A stretch of DNA of 64,000 nucleotides from Paraspadella gotoi (taxonomy: Eukaryota; Animalia; Chaetognatha): the NCBI GenBank assembly GCA_051294375.1, contig CM119267.1, positions 21,149,755 to 21,213,754 on the forward strand, read 5' to 3'. Every line of letters begins with the position of its first letter. Position 1 is the stretch's first letter. Below the pieces are notes generated by a model, which ran no database searches, was not told where the DNA came from, and worked only from the letters and a program-made list of their open reading frames with translations. A program made the position numbers and the translations under genes. Shown in pieces: positions 50,553 through 64,000 of the stretch.

Positions 50553-53500
50553 GAACGGACCGATGACCGGCAAGCCCCCATGGGGTCGATCCGCATCCCC
50601 TAAACCGAGAAGGTCGAGGACGAAGCGCCCACGAGTCGCGATGCCTGCAGAACGAGGTCGTTCGATGATTTCAATTCATCTTTCGGTTAGTTATCCTTTC
50701 ATTTCCTTTAAAACAAGTGAATGCTTGATTATTTTTTTTTTTTTTTCATCGTTCATTTTCTTTTCTCTTATATTTCTTTTCAGCCTAAAGCGTGGACAGC
50801 TTCAGCGCACGAATCGGAAAAAACCGATTGCTTCAGAACATGAACTTGGCAGTCGAGAGCTACGTGCTCGACAGCGGGATTCAGGTGTGTCACTTCCGTC
50901 AGTCGCTGTTTTGCCGCGTTTTGGTGTCTTGTCTTTGTCTTTTTTCGTTTGTTTCAGTTGTTGTGTTAATCTTCGTCTTTTGAGTTCGCCTAGGCTATCT
51001 TAAATATATTATTTTATATTATAGTATATTTTTTTATATTATTATTATTATATTTTTATTATTATTATTATTATTTATTATTATTCATTAAATTTTCTGA
51101 TCGCGTGAAAGGGAAGAAAATGGAGGAAGGAAAAGCAGCAGCAGGCTTAGCAGCTAGGGAGGTACGCAGAGCGGCAAGAGTGTGGAAAGAGCTGCATTCG
51201 GCTCTTTAATTCAACATTTAAACATTGAATGATCTTACTGTAGATTATGTATTGGTTTGAAACTACGCGGCCCGTTGACGGCCTGCGATCGCGTGATGAA
51301 CAAAATATGCTCGGGGATATATTCATTCCAGGGGCGTGATAAGAGGATGAGAACGGGAGGTGAGAGGAGAGAGAGGGGGGAAAAAAAAAAGGGAGAGGAG
51401 ATGGAGAGAGGAGAGGAAGAGGAGAGGGAAGGAGAAGAGGGAAGAGGAAGAGAGAGAGGAGAGAGAGAGAAGAAAGCGAGAGAGAAGGAGAGAGAGAGAG
51501 AAGGAGAGAGAAGAGAGACGACAAACCACACACATATTAAAACTGCAATTTAAATTTTTTAAGATTGAAATCACAATTAGTCTCAACCTCAGTATCCCGT
51601 GAAATTTAGACTCGATCGAACAACCTACGATAGAGGGCGTGGAGGTCATCGAAGCATAGAGAGAGAGGGAGACGATAGGGTAGACGGAGGACGGATTGAC
51701 GAAGGATCGATTAAATAGCTTTTTTTTCAATCATTCACATTTTTTTTGATTCATTCATTTTTTCCTCATTAGGTGGTCATCGTCACTGATCATTCACGGA
51801 TTGATGATTAAACGAGCGATCGATTAATTCGGATCCGCTTACTCTTGCACGATTGATTGATTGATCGAAAGTGCGCGAACTCAATAGAAAAGACTTCGTC
51901 GTCGTCGTCGTCGTCGTCTCCGTCTTTTCGCCAACGATTATTTATTTGACGGGGAGGTTTCGACTATCTTTCTCCTCCCCCCCACTTCCCAACCTCCGGT
52001 TTTCTCACAGAACATGACCCCGCCCTGGAGAACGACCCAACTGGGACGCCCGAGTCTTACAAGCATCTGTGGGCGAAGAACGTTTTGGAAGGAGAGGATC
52101 TGGCGAGGGGGAGAGGATCAGGGCGAGGAGAGGGAAGAGGAAGAGGCGGAAAGGATGGAGACCAAATGGGTCTCACGAGCCCGAGGCGAGGGGGATCAGA
52201 CTCGGAGAGGTGAGTTTGAAAAGAGGGGGGGGTGGGGTGGTGAGGGAATGGTGGAACAAAATCAAAATCAAAATCAAATCAATCAAATCAAATCAAATCT
52301 AATAAAATCAATTCAAAATAAAATCTAAAATCTAAATCTAATCCAAGGCCGACCGCGCGCGAACTGGAAAAGCTCCTCCGAGACTACGCGACTTTACGAG
52401 GAAGGAAGTGGAGGAGAAAGAGCCCCACCTCTGTCAGACAGGCTTCTTCGGGAAGTCGAAGAGCGGCTTCGTCGAAAGGCGCGCTCAAACGTCCCGAAAA
52501 GGCAATTTTGAGGAAGAAGGGAAAATGGATTTTCACTTAAAGAATCTTTCCCACTTTTGGTTTTCCGAGGTGAAAAGGAAGAAGAGGAGAGAGGGAGAAG
52601 GAGAGAGAGGAGAAGAGGGAAAAGAGGAGGAAATAGAAGAGGAGGGAAGAGAAATTTTCTTTAATCGTTTTTCCATCTCATTGTCCTTCATTTCAACCAG
52701 TAATGTATTATAACATTTATTATTACTAACGAAAATATAATAAATGAATAATAAACAAATGATTTAAATAATAAATAATAAATAAATGATACAATTCTAT
52801 TCCCAACTCCGCGCAGATATCGCGCTCGCGCGTGACCCGACGGTAAGTACGACGAGTTTCGGAAACCTGTTACCAGAAACAGTGGAAGCGATGGTGTTCC
52901 GCGCGGGGACGGTCCAGCTTTAAGACTTATAAAGGTAAGGGGTTTTTTGGAAGCGGTGGGGGGGGATCTGCGGCGTGGAGTAAGTTCCGTCTTCCGTCTT
53001 GTCAGAGAGAGATTAATCGAACGGGTAATTTTGATGAAAAAATGGATTAATCTCAACAATTTTTTTGTTTTCTTCTCTCTTTTTAATTTCAAATTTAAAT
53101 ATTATCGGGCTAATTTGTTTAGCGGGAATAATGACTTCTGCTGTCGGAATAAGTTATATTTGAAGTGATTTAAAACATTTTCGCTGAAACTTGTAGAAAT
53201 AACATTTAAAAAGGTAACATAAGTTCTTCTGGGAGTGAATAAACAGACTGGAAAAGTTTTGATTGAAAGCTTGCAGGGACCTGCTATTTTCCATTATTCT
53301 TGTAAGAAGTGATGGAGGCCTTAAACCAAAAGCTGTCCAAAGTAGGGCAAAGATAGCTTATTTTAAATGAATGGATTATCTTTATTGGTTGTTACCAATT
53401 TCTAAAGATATAAAAAAAAGTTTTTGAAGGAAAATCTTTCGACGGCGTAAAATACTGATTATAATTTTTGTTTGTAAAACTTTGTAAAATCATTGACGAG

Positions 53501-56500
53501 TTTATAATTACGTATCTCCAGTTACACGATCAGGTCGGAAGGGATTTTACAAAACTAACAGAGCTGAAGCCCGCGTTCTGCCAAAGAAAAAGCGAAAGAG
53601 AAAGAGGTTAAATTTCTGCTATCGTAGTTTGGAATTGCGTAGTCCAGCCGCTATAAGCCGACGCTTTCAGTCGGCCGGTGCTAATGAGTAATACCATCGC
53701 TCATGACCTTTAGGTAAAGGGATCGATCCCAATCGTATAACCCTACGTGGAGGCCCCGTAAACGCTCGCCAGGCTTGGGCCCAAAAAACCCTCAGAATGG
53801 TTTTCAATCAGCCGCTTTTTCCGTTGCTGCCGAGGGGCAAAAACGATAACGTAGTAGTCTTAGCTCCATCCTCCCCCCCCCACGTTTTTTAAGTTTGCAG
53901 CATGGACAGATTCCAAGTCAAACTCTTTTCCGCGAAAGAAACTCATTGAAAAGTATACGAAGACATGATAGGTTTGGTACGACCTGACGGGAAGGTACGA
54001 GACTTGACCGACAAACAACGGCAACGGGTCCGTCTCCTCTTTTGTCTAGTGCCTGTTGTAAGGTCTCCTCTCTCTACTTATCTTTCTATTATTTATCTAT
54101 CTTTTTCTCTCTTCTCTCACTGACAATTCTTTCCTATCCCAAGGCGGTACAAGGGCCGCACTTGACTACGATCCTGCCCTTCTTCAAGATGCGCCCGGGG
54201 TTCCGCGCGGACGAGCAGCCGGAGGAAAAGAAGGAAGATGCACATCCTACACGATCTGGAGAGAAGCAGCGCTTATCGAGCAGGAAGAGGATCTGGTAAC
54301 CTCTTGAAGGCGCGTTGGGGGGGGGCGGGAGTAGAATTGAAATAAAAAAAGAATGAACAACAAATATGAGAAACAGAACGAATAAACGAGTAATGATTTT
54401 AACGTAGAGGGATGGATCGACGCGAAAACGAATCGATATGAGTTGCTCCGCGAGTACTCGCGCATAAAACGCCGACCGTCTCTAAATGAACCTTCCCCCC
54501 TCTTCTCTCTCTCTCTTTTTTTATATATCTCTCTCCTCTCTCCAGGCACAGTGCGAGGCTGCACGACATGTCATGCTGGCTGAACAGCCCACCTCTGACC
54601 TGGGAGAAGAGGGGGTCCATGGAGCCGTATAATCGCATACGAAATTCACTAGCAGAGATGGAGGAACGATATGCCTACGATTACGCGGAAGGAGAAGTGG
54701 GGAAGAGGAAGGTGCCGAGAGCGTGAGGATGAAGGAAGTGGAGAAGGAAGTTTGAGGGGACAGGGGAAAGATGGAGGTTTTGGATTTTGGATTTGATTTG
54801 TTTTAGGGTGATTATGATTAATGATTATAGGGATTGATGATTGATTAATGATTGTTTGAATGTTGCGATGGTTGATAGCTTTGTTGAATTGGATCGATTT
54901 GGCTGATATGATTTATATTATTGTTGTGTGATTGCATAGTTCACCCTGTAAGTATTGATTGTCATAGGGGTCATTGATAAAGATCAGTATGGAATAGGAT
55001 GGTTTCAATTATGTTCTGGGAGGTGGACGGTAACCGGGCCAACTGGGGATGTGGGAAAAAATTCAAGTTTCAACAGAGGGACTCATGCTGCTTGGATAGG
55101 ATAAATAGGATGTAGGTTCTTAGATCTTAGAAATATCATTTTTAATTGGTTTTATTTAGATTGATTATGATGATTGTAGATGATGGAGAAGCTTATAGGA
55201 TTGATTTTTATATCTGCTCAAAATTCTTTTTTATTGCAAGAAACTGAGCGAGGGAACCGAGGGTAGAGGACCAAATAGGAGTCAAAGATTTATGGCGAAG
55301 AAGGGAAAAAGAAGGAAGAGAGAAAAAAAGGAGGAGAAGGAAAGGAGGAAGGAAGAAAGAAAATTAATATTAAATTTCTTTCTTTGTCGTCGGTTGTTTC
55401 CGGTGCAATTAAATTTAGGTTATGTCATGTATCATCATGTCCGAAGAAAAAGAGGAAGAAGGAAGCGAAGAAGGAGAGGAAACCTATTATTCAAATTCTT
55501 CTAGTGCTGGTGTCGTATTAGTAACGTTGGAAGAGAAAATAGGAGCAAAGAAAGAAGGAAAGGAAGGAGAAGAAAAATTAAGATCAAATTTCTGTCCTCA
55601 TCAGGTCGGTCGATGTCCGTACGTTGGAAGAAAAATAGGGGCAGAAGAAAGAGCAAAAGGAAGGAGAAAGAAATCACTCAAGGTTATTCGCAATTTGTCG
55701 TTTTCAGTCCCGTTGTTTTCGTTATCCCGTTGAAGAGAAATAGGAGGAGAATAAAGAGAAGGTATAATCTGTTCATGGCGGGTCTGTACATCACGTCGGA
55801 GAAATAGGAGACAGAGGAAGGAGAAAGTATCACAAATTCTTTCCCTTCGTCGAGGATATCGTCATGTCTGAAGAGAAATGAGGAGAAAGAAAGAGAGGTA
55901 TTACAATTACGGTTCTGTCCGAGGTCGGTCGTGGTCATCGCACGATTTGTTCAGATCCGTTATTGTAAATTATAAATTAAATAAATATTAATGAGTTAGG
56001 TCGGATTTGATATTTGTAGACTGTATTATCTGATTACAGCAGGACTGACGAATGTCGGAAAAAATTGATAGAATGCAAGCTAAAAAAGAAAAATTAATAA
56101 GAATATTAAAAAAATTATAACAATTAGAGTTGAAAATAATTATCAGTTTTATTTGTAGAATGTTCGATTTTTTATTTAGTTTTGCAATTAAGATACGAAC
56201 AGTCCGTTAAATATAAAATGTATGATAAATATTTTAATTTGTTAATCTTAAAACGAATAAAGGATTAATACAATGCTATAATTCAAAAAGAGAACATAAA
56301 TAAACGACGACGAAAAAAAATTACCAGTACGTTTTTAAACAAAAATTAACATAAACTAAATACAAAATGGACAATACAATACATTTAAAAAAAAACATAT
56401 AAAAATAAAGGAATAAACAACAACGATATTCACCTAGGAAAAATGACCAGAGGAATAAAAAGTTGGAATGGAATCGAAGGAAATGAAGAGCACTGAAAGA

Positions 56501-58143
56501 TCGGGAAGGAGGAAAAGAGAAGAAGGAAGGAAGAAGAAGAAGGAAGAAGGAAGAAGATGGACGAAACGAAAGAGAGAAAGAGGGGGGTGAGTTTCATCCT
56601 TCGTGATGTTGGTTAAACTCTAATCTTTTTTATGTTTGGGTTATTTGTACCATTGTGATATGTCGTTCTTGATATTAAAAATAAATACCTTGAATGAGGA
56701 TTGAAAGTTGGATATAATGATTTTAATTATATTTAATTGATATGGTGAGATAAAAAAAGAAAGAGAAATAAATTTTCCATATTATTTTTTTGAAATTTGT
56801 TTTGTATCTTGGTAATGAATAGGATTTAATACTGGAATTTCAGGTTAAGATTGTTAAAAACTTGATTTTAAAAGGTATTTAATATTAAATAATTTTTTTT
56901 TGGAACTACTTATTATTGAAAGAAGTTCTAGTTATTTTTTTTTTGTTTTTGTTTTTTTCCTTTGTTTTGTTTTTGTTTCGTAATTCATAATTTTAATTAT
57001 TTCTTTTTTACTTTTTAAGTAAGTAAATATTTGGTTTAGGTGGTTGGGAATTCAGAGGGCTGCAAATTGAATCAGTTGTTTTGTAGATGAGGGTAAGGGA
57101 CAAAGATAGGTGGAATAGTTAGATGAGTTTTTAATGTGGATTAATGAGATTAGTTAAGGATTAGAGACGGAATTCGTAGGATTAAGATGAATTCGATTAG
57201 GATTAGATTTAGTTTGAATTAAGGTTAGTATTGGAAATATTAAAAAGGTCATGATAAAATAAGTTCGATAATAATAAATAAGTTTGATTGCGAGTGGTTG
57301 ATTTATGGTGTGTTTTTGCCGTTTTCCAGATTCGATTTTAATTAGTTTATTTTAGATTTAAGTGGTTGTAGGTAGTAGGTTGGTTGGTTAAATTGGTGTG
57401 AGTTGGTTTGTAAATATCGGAAATTCTAATTAAAAAAAGAAATTTTTATCGAAACTATTACTGAACGTACGTGGGTTACGCTGTTTATTATTTTATATAT
57501 TGTTCATTTTAAGAATTAATTTGAGAAACTTTTCTTTCTTCTTTTCAGTAGAATCGAGTCAAAATTCAATCTTCCGGACCGAACGACAAGAGGACCAGGA
57601 AAGGCAAAGGAGACTAGACGACGCGACTAAGAGAGAAAGAGCAGGAGAGTTTTGGGAGGACAGAAGACGAGAGAGAATTAAGAAAGAAGAAGAGGAAAGA
57701 GAAATAGGTTAGGAGGAAAGAGGAAAGAGAGGTTAGAGAAGGAAGGATTTTAGGAGAAAGAGGAAAGGTTAGGAGGAAGATTAGGAGGAAAAGAAGAGTT
57801 AGGAGGAAGAGAGAGGTATTAGTTATTTATCAAGACTTCGTTATATAATGAGTGGTATACTATTTTTAAAGATGTAATCTGAGAATTTTAGATAGTTGTG
57901 TATTTTTAAATAGGAGCAAAGTCAAGAATAAGATATTTTTAATCAATGGATAATTAATAGTTTATATTAATATTAATTAAATCAACCTCCAGAAACCATG
58001 TCGAGTTCAAAGAGGGTAAAGTGGGGGAAGGGGACCTAGCTTTTCGGAGGCGGCTTCACGGAAGGGCTCTTAATTTGAAGGATGAGACGGAAATTGGAGA
58101 AGCAGAGGAGGAAGAAAGCTTCCGAGACTTCCATTTCACTTAG
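50553..58143 (+). CDS. Multi-exon gene with a probable PH domain; error-ridden, 3' extent uncertain
   Basis: Pyrimidine-tract/AG acceptors at ~50553, 50784, 51244, 52011, 52348, 52818, 54144, 54408, 54546, 57552 and 57993. Exons 50784-50884 and 51244-51335 give LKRGQLQR..GKNRLLQNMN(W)QSR.YVLDSGIQIMYWFE...NMLGDIFIPG after frameshift correction. Confidence 0.5.
53228..53402 (+). repeat. Dispersed repeat, copy 4
   Basis: tctgggagtgaataaac ... ggaggcctta ... agatagctta ... tggattatctttattggttgttaccaatttc; colinear with 13277-13455. Confidence 0.75.
55295..55945. repeat. Degenerate ~60-100 bp tandem repeat
   Basis: Recurrent gaagagaaataggag...aaattc...gtcggtcg...acgtt blocks. Confidence 0.55.
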
Positions 58144-59039
58144 GTTGTTTTTTTTTTTTTTTTAATTTGATTATGGGAATAACCTCTTGGTTCATTGTAA
58201 TGAATTAATTCAGGAGGGAAAAAAAATTGATTAATAAACCGAAATTAAAAACATAAAGAAAACGGAAAAATGAGCTAATTGACCAATGAAGAAAATTATT
58301 TCAAAAAAATAAAATAAACTAAACATTTTGTAACCAATAAAAATTAAATTAAAAAATAATTATAAGAATATATAGATTAATACTAATCTAAATGATAATA
58401 TTATAACACAAAAATGAAGAGGAAAGGGAAACCAAATGGAAAACCCGAATGAAAAATACACGTATAACTAAAGAACGAAAATCAAATGTGATTCTTTGCA
58501 CGTTTTTTCTTTATTTTTAGGGATTCTTGAGGGTTAGTGGTCCTTAATGATAGATCTGAATTTTTTTTTATTCTAAAGAAGAATTACTATGGCGAGTTGG
58601 TTTGACATTTTAGAGCGGACAAGACAACGACCAAAACATGATATAAGTTGGCTGATACTCGGGGCGAAATTAAAAAAGTGAAAGTATATAAAACGATGCA
58701 TAAACACACGATAATAAACAAATAAAGCAAATAAACCTTAAAAATAAAATCAACAATAAAAAAAGTGTTAAATAAACTATTAAATGGGAATACTGCCAGC
58801 TCCAGCGGAATTCTAATGATCATCCTACGACCTGAGTATTGATGACCGCGCGTATTTGCCTGACAAAACTCCTCGAACCGAGGTTATCTGAAACGACGGA
58901 CTCGGGAATCGGAGACAACTTCGAAGAAGAGTCGACGAAAGGAGGCGGAAAGAACCGTGAGACAGTTGAGTGGGACGAAACATAGTCGTAGCCGTATACC
59001 GTAGGGTGAGAGCCGTAGGATCTATATGTAGCCCTAACC

Positions 59040-60810
59040 TCGTAAGAAAAGCACACAAAATAAATGACGCAGCTCTCACATTAAACTGTTGGAGATTGGT
59101 GAATGCAAGTTGTAAATATTGCAACTCAGAGAGGAAGATGCGTAAAACGACAGGAGGTCGATTGTATGGTAAGTCAACGTTTGTTATGAGGGTTATTTAA
59201 TTTCAAGAGACCTAGCGTTACATGGACTTGACCTACGTAGAGCATCTCTTCGTTGTCCTCTTGAGATGATCTGCAGAGATGAGAGAGACTGATGAGATCT
59301 TGAGAGCATCGATTTAGAGATCTGGAGAGTTACCTCTCTGGAATAAATCGCATACGGAGTAAGTCTCCTCTTCTTTCGCTTAGAACTGAGTTCTGGTCCT
59401 TCTATGAAGACGAGGCCGCTCTTGCTCTTCTTCTCTGGCACCACCGCATAGCGCCTCCCGCCGTTCGTCCGCCGCCCCGCTCCGTTTTGCTCGATCAATG
59501 CGGTTCCTTCTTCTCCTCTGTCTCGATTTCGTCCTCTCGTTGTGTCTGGCGTCTGGCTGCTCTTTTCGGGTCTTCCCCGTTACTTCATGGTCCTACTACT
59601 CTTGTCTACTATCTCAGTCCCTATTGCCGATACCAAAATGTTTAGAGCCCCGACGCGAGTCGACCGCCGGTGCTGACGGCAACTCTAACTGATTGCAAAT
59701 CGATCGGCAGCCTGCCTCTAATGCCAGGTATCGTTCCGCTCCTTTCTCTAATCTGATCTTTATCTCGTCTATATGCCAGTCCGCCATATGCCTCATGTTT
59801 TTCACTGTTTCTGCTCTTTTCTCTCTATACTGAACGTCCTCTATTGCATAAGCTTATGTCCGCCCGTATACTTGGTCTTTCTTTTCGGTAACTCTCTTCT
59901 TTGCATACGCTTTTCTTTTCTGTATTCACTTGGCGCGTCATCTCGATGGCATGAATGTGCTCTCTTTCATTGGTAATGTATGCCTGGATTCATATTAGGA
60001 TTTTGAGCTTCAAAGAAAAGCGAAATACCGTTCGGCAAAACGGGAGAGAAAAGTGTAGGGGGAGAAAGAAGAGATGAGAGAGAACGAGGAGAAAATAAAT
60101 GTATTATAATTACTTAAATAAGAAAAGAGTATTATGATTAAGATAAAAGGATATGAAAAATTGATGCATAGCGATGAAAAAAAAATAGGAATAAAATATG
60201 AGATAAATCAATAATAAAATGAAAAAAAATAAAGAAAAGAAATGAAATAAGATAAATGTGAATGTATCAGGAGAGCGATTATATAGAGAACTAGTACCTG
60301 ATTGACAGAAGATAGATTGAGACGAAAAGAACGAGAAGAGAATCGAGGATCGAAACCACAACAGATTCGGAAGGAGAATGGATGGAAGAGAGTGCGAGAG
60401 CAAGAGTACAGGAGGGAGGAGGAGTAGTCAGTAAGAAGAAGAGATGTGCACGTGAGGTTGTTGTTCTGAGCGTAAATGAGGAGTACGTATTAAAAGACGG
60501 GAGGATGGACTTGGTTAAAGATTGCAGGAGGTTAAGAAAATCGGAATCAGATATGGTGGTGGCAACGTAGGTGAACTTTAAAAAAAATGATTGATCATTC
60601 CTAAGGTTCTGATAAATTCACATTTAAATATTAGATGAATTGTTTTTGTTAGAAAAAAAAAAGAGAATCTAATCTTCATAAGTTGATCTAACTATTGAGA
60701 ATGAATAATCAAAATTAGGCCCATGAAATTTGCAAACTGAGCATTTGTTGTTAAAGGCTTAGACCCTTCTGTTACGTCGAACCGTAGTACAATGAATTTT
60801 CTTTTATTTT
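59040..60810 (+). repeat. Insertion-inflated copy of ~47390-48425
   Basis: Shared anchors aaagcacacaaaataaa, cgcagctctcacat, atgaagacgaggccg, cgacgcgagtcgaccg, ttggttaa(a)gattgcag and tagtacaatgaatttt in the same order. Confidence 0.85.
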
Positions 60811-60814
60811 TTTC

Positions 60815-61860
60815 TGAATAAAAGAGACATTTGACAATATAAAGACAATAGAAGAATTAAACGATTTTAAACGGATTGAGTGAGATTGAGCAAGAAAAAT
60901 TGCACTAATGGCACTAAAAAATAAAATTCAAACAATTAAGAAGGATCATGCGGACATTGCCAAATTGGAAAAGTATTAAGTATATCAATGAAAATCATGA
61001 GTGAATATTAGCATTACACTAGGCCATTTGCCATTTTTTTTTTTTTAGTCATAGACCAGAAAACTTGGCAAATTGAAAAAAAAAAGTAAATACTATCATT
61101 ATGGAGCGTAAAACCTAACATTTATACTAGGCCAATTTGCCTCTTTTTTTTTTAAGTCATTAGACAGAGGAACTTGTCAATTTTTTTTTTTAACTGATCA
61201 TAAATAGAAAGGCATAAATACCAGATTAAAAATTATTGGAATTACCCATATTCCTGAATTATTATAATATTTCTTATCGATGTAAATGATACTGATTGAT
61301 TATTTTTTATTCATTCGTTACTATTATAATATTTTTACATTATCTATTATTATTATTGATTATTACTATCGATTGAATTTACGGGTATTTATGNNNNNNN
61401 NNNNNNNNNNNNNNNNNNTTCATGAAATAAAAGAGACAATTTGACCAATTAAGACAATAGAAGAATTAAACGATTTAAACGATGAGTATTGAGCAAGAAA
61501 AATTGCACTAATGGCACTAAAAAATAAAATTCAAACATATTAAGGACTCATTGCGGACATTGCAAATTGGAAAAAGTATTAAGATATATCAATGAAAATC
61601 ATGAAACGTATAATATCTAGCCAATTCACGAACTAGCCATTATGCCACCTTCTATTTCTTTTTACAAATTAGACACGAAACTCTGCAAATACAAAAAACC
61701 AAACTCTCACATGTATAACAATACATCGAAAAATCATATACTGTATTCGCTAACATTTACGTAACTAACGCTTATTACTACATAGGCCATTGCCTCTGTT
61801 ATTTTAAGTCATAAACAGAAACTTATATCAATTTTATCTCTTCCTCTCTCTTTACTATTA
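60815..61860 (+). repeat. Direct duplication (~60815-61200 vs ~61420-61860) around the N gap 61394-61418
   Basis: aagacaatagaagaattaaacgattt...gagcaagaaaaattgcactaatggcactaaaaaataaaattcaaaca occurs twice. Confidence 0.9.
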
Positions 61861-62890
61861 TTGGAATTACCCTCATTCCTAATTATTATTGAAAAAGTGA
61901 AGATCTCTGTTTGAAATATAATGACAACTTAACATTTTCGTGGGTGTATTTTTGTTTCTTTTCGTTGGTTTGAAATTTGAAACGAAATAAATAAATAAGT
62001 TAAATTGTTAATTTAGTTGATCTTTTGTTTAAATTACGAAATCGCAGATCGACTCTAAGACGAAGACAGACTCTTTGAGATTCGAGGCTTTTAGCGAGAG
62101 CACGGTTCCACACTCGCAAAATATCATTTTTCAAAAATATCTCTCACTCTCTCTCTTTCTCTCTCCCTGTCTTACAGTCTAACTCTCTCACTCAATCAAC
62201 TTCGCACCGTTTCCTCAACTGTTGGGCTAACCTTCACCAGTTGTGCCATGAGAGTGAAATACGTTTTTCACACCGGCTGTTCAGTGTTCAGGGTTCACCT
62301 TGTTCTCGCTCTNNNNNNNNNNNNNNNNNNNNNNNNNNNNNNNNNNNNNNNNNNNNNNNNNNNNNNNNNNNNNNNNNNNNNNNNNNNNNNNNNNNNNATA
62401 AGAAAACGTGGAAGGCGATAGTTGAAATACTTGAAGAGACGATATAAAATAATGAGAAACAATTATCTGTTATCACTTCTGGGGGGAAGAAAATAATCAA
62501 CAAACTTAAGAAAAAAATATAGAAAATCAAAGACAGGGGAAATAAATGGGAAAAAGGGAAAAAAGGAATTAAAATGTAAAAAAAAGGATAAAAAAAAAAG
62601 AAGGAAGGAAGCAACGATGATATAATGATATAAAATAGGGAAAAAAACTGGGAAATAAGAATAAGAAATTGAGAAGGATAAAAGAGAAAAGGAATGAAAA
62701 AAGACAAAATAGTAGAAATAATTAAGAGAATAAGAAAAAAGAAAAAACGCATTCAAAAGAAAGAGAGAGAGAGAGNNNNNNNNNNNNNNNNNNNNNNNNN
62801 NNNNNNNNNNNNNNNNNNNNNNNNNNNNNNNNNNNNNNNNNNNNNNNNNNNNNNNNNNNNNNNNNNNNNNNNNNNNNNNNNNNNNNNNNN

Positions 62891-62921
<31 letters not shown>

Positions 62922-64000
62922 GAAGAAAAATAAAGAGGTAAAGAAGAAAACGTAATTTGAAAGTTGAATCTAAATGCGGCATCGAAGAAAGAAAAGAGAA
63001 GACTTGAGAGAAAAAAAAGAAAAGAAAATAAAGAAAAAAGAAAAGAAAGAAAGAAAGAAAGAGAGAAAGAAAAAAAAAGAGAAAAAAAAGAAAAAAAAGA
63101 AAGAGACTCTAAATTTGCGTCACTAGCAAAAAAAAAAGTTATTCTATTGATTTTTCCTGCGGATTCTAATTTTTCGTTGTCGATGTTTTTGTTGTTGCTG
63201 TCTTAGCCTTTTTTCTTTAATTCCATTTTGTTGACAATGGAATTTTGACGTCGAAATCTTTCTTCTTGGTTTCACTCTCTTCACAGAAATTGATCTAATA
63301 TAGAGTCATAGACTATAGTATATGCAAAACAATTATTGACAAATCAAGGGTTAGTTGTGATAGCTATCTGTTGCCATGACGACGACTAATTTAAACGAAA
63401 GCAAAACTTGGTCGAAATACTCTCTCTTTCTCACTCTCTCTCTCTCTCTCTCTCTCNNNNNNNNNNNNNNNNNNNNNNNNNNNNNNNNNNNNNNNNNNNN
63501 NNNNNNNNNNNNNNNNNNNNNNNNNNNNNNNNNNNNNNNNNNNNNNNNNNNNNNNNNNNNTCTCTCTCTCTCTCTCTCTCTTGTCCTTAGAATCATTCGT
63601 GACTCGGAATTTTCTCAGAAACAGACGAAGCTTCTTCTCGAAAGTGAGTTTCCCATTCACGTCGACGGATTCTGTGAAAACCTCACTCGATTTTGTCCCA
63701 CGACTCGTGACACAGACTCTTGCCTTTACCCTGGAAGCTGATTCGCTTTAAAAAGTCACTCGCGCACAAAATGGGCCAGAAAAAAAAAGCCTCGTCTTCG
63801 GGTGACTTTCGCTGGGAAGAGAAACTCGAGTTTTCGATCTTGTTTTGAACCTTACGCAACCACATCAACAATATAATTTTAAATTTATTTATTTATCACT
63901 GTGTGAAGTTTTTCACAAGCCAGTCACCGATAATTGAAATTTAAGCTTCTTTCGCTTTTTAAGACTTAAGTTTTAAAATAAAGATAGTATAGTGGCGAAT

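Noticed and set aside
58955-58990. gggacgaaacatagtc as another hammerhead
   Set aside because: No CUGANGA box or paired stem II upstream, and the region is error-rich.

Overview
AT-rich eukaryotic (invertebrate animal-like) draft-genome window with spliceosomal introns, many (GA)n/(TC)n microsatellites, N gaps and stretches of indel-rich, apparently raw long-read gap-fill. No rRNA, CRISPR or prokaryotic operon is present. Three secreted Cys-rich genes can be spliced cleanly by hand. (1) A 7-exon, 405-aa four-TSR protein (+, 12893-16842) with an 8-Trp WxxW ladder and a long LGLDD/Gly loop insertion. (2) A 13-exon, ~1357-aa protein (-, 28173-20193): signal peptide, LDLa, two copies of an unnamed 'WYCAVS' domain, PAN/apple and 2x SRCR, then a long helical region with a hydrophobic hairpin and a beta domain resembling by eye the TcA (Tc toxin) channel plus TcB-binding module. 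This is the best candidate for an undescribed system. (3) A small pacifastin-like inhibitor gene (+, 35038-36442) with two paralogous alternative terminal exons. A frameshift-riddled PH-domain gene lies at ~50.5-58 kb. Non-coding features include minimal hammerhead-ribozyme motifs of the Penelope type, a TA-flanked foldback MITE, a DINE-1/HINE-like element, tRNA-like SINE heads, a 4-copy dispersed repeat and satellites. Several duplications are probably assembly artefacts. All gene models are manual; no database searches were run.
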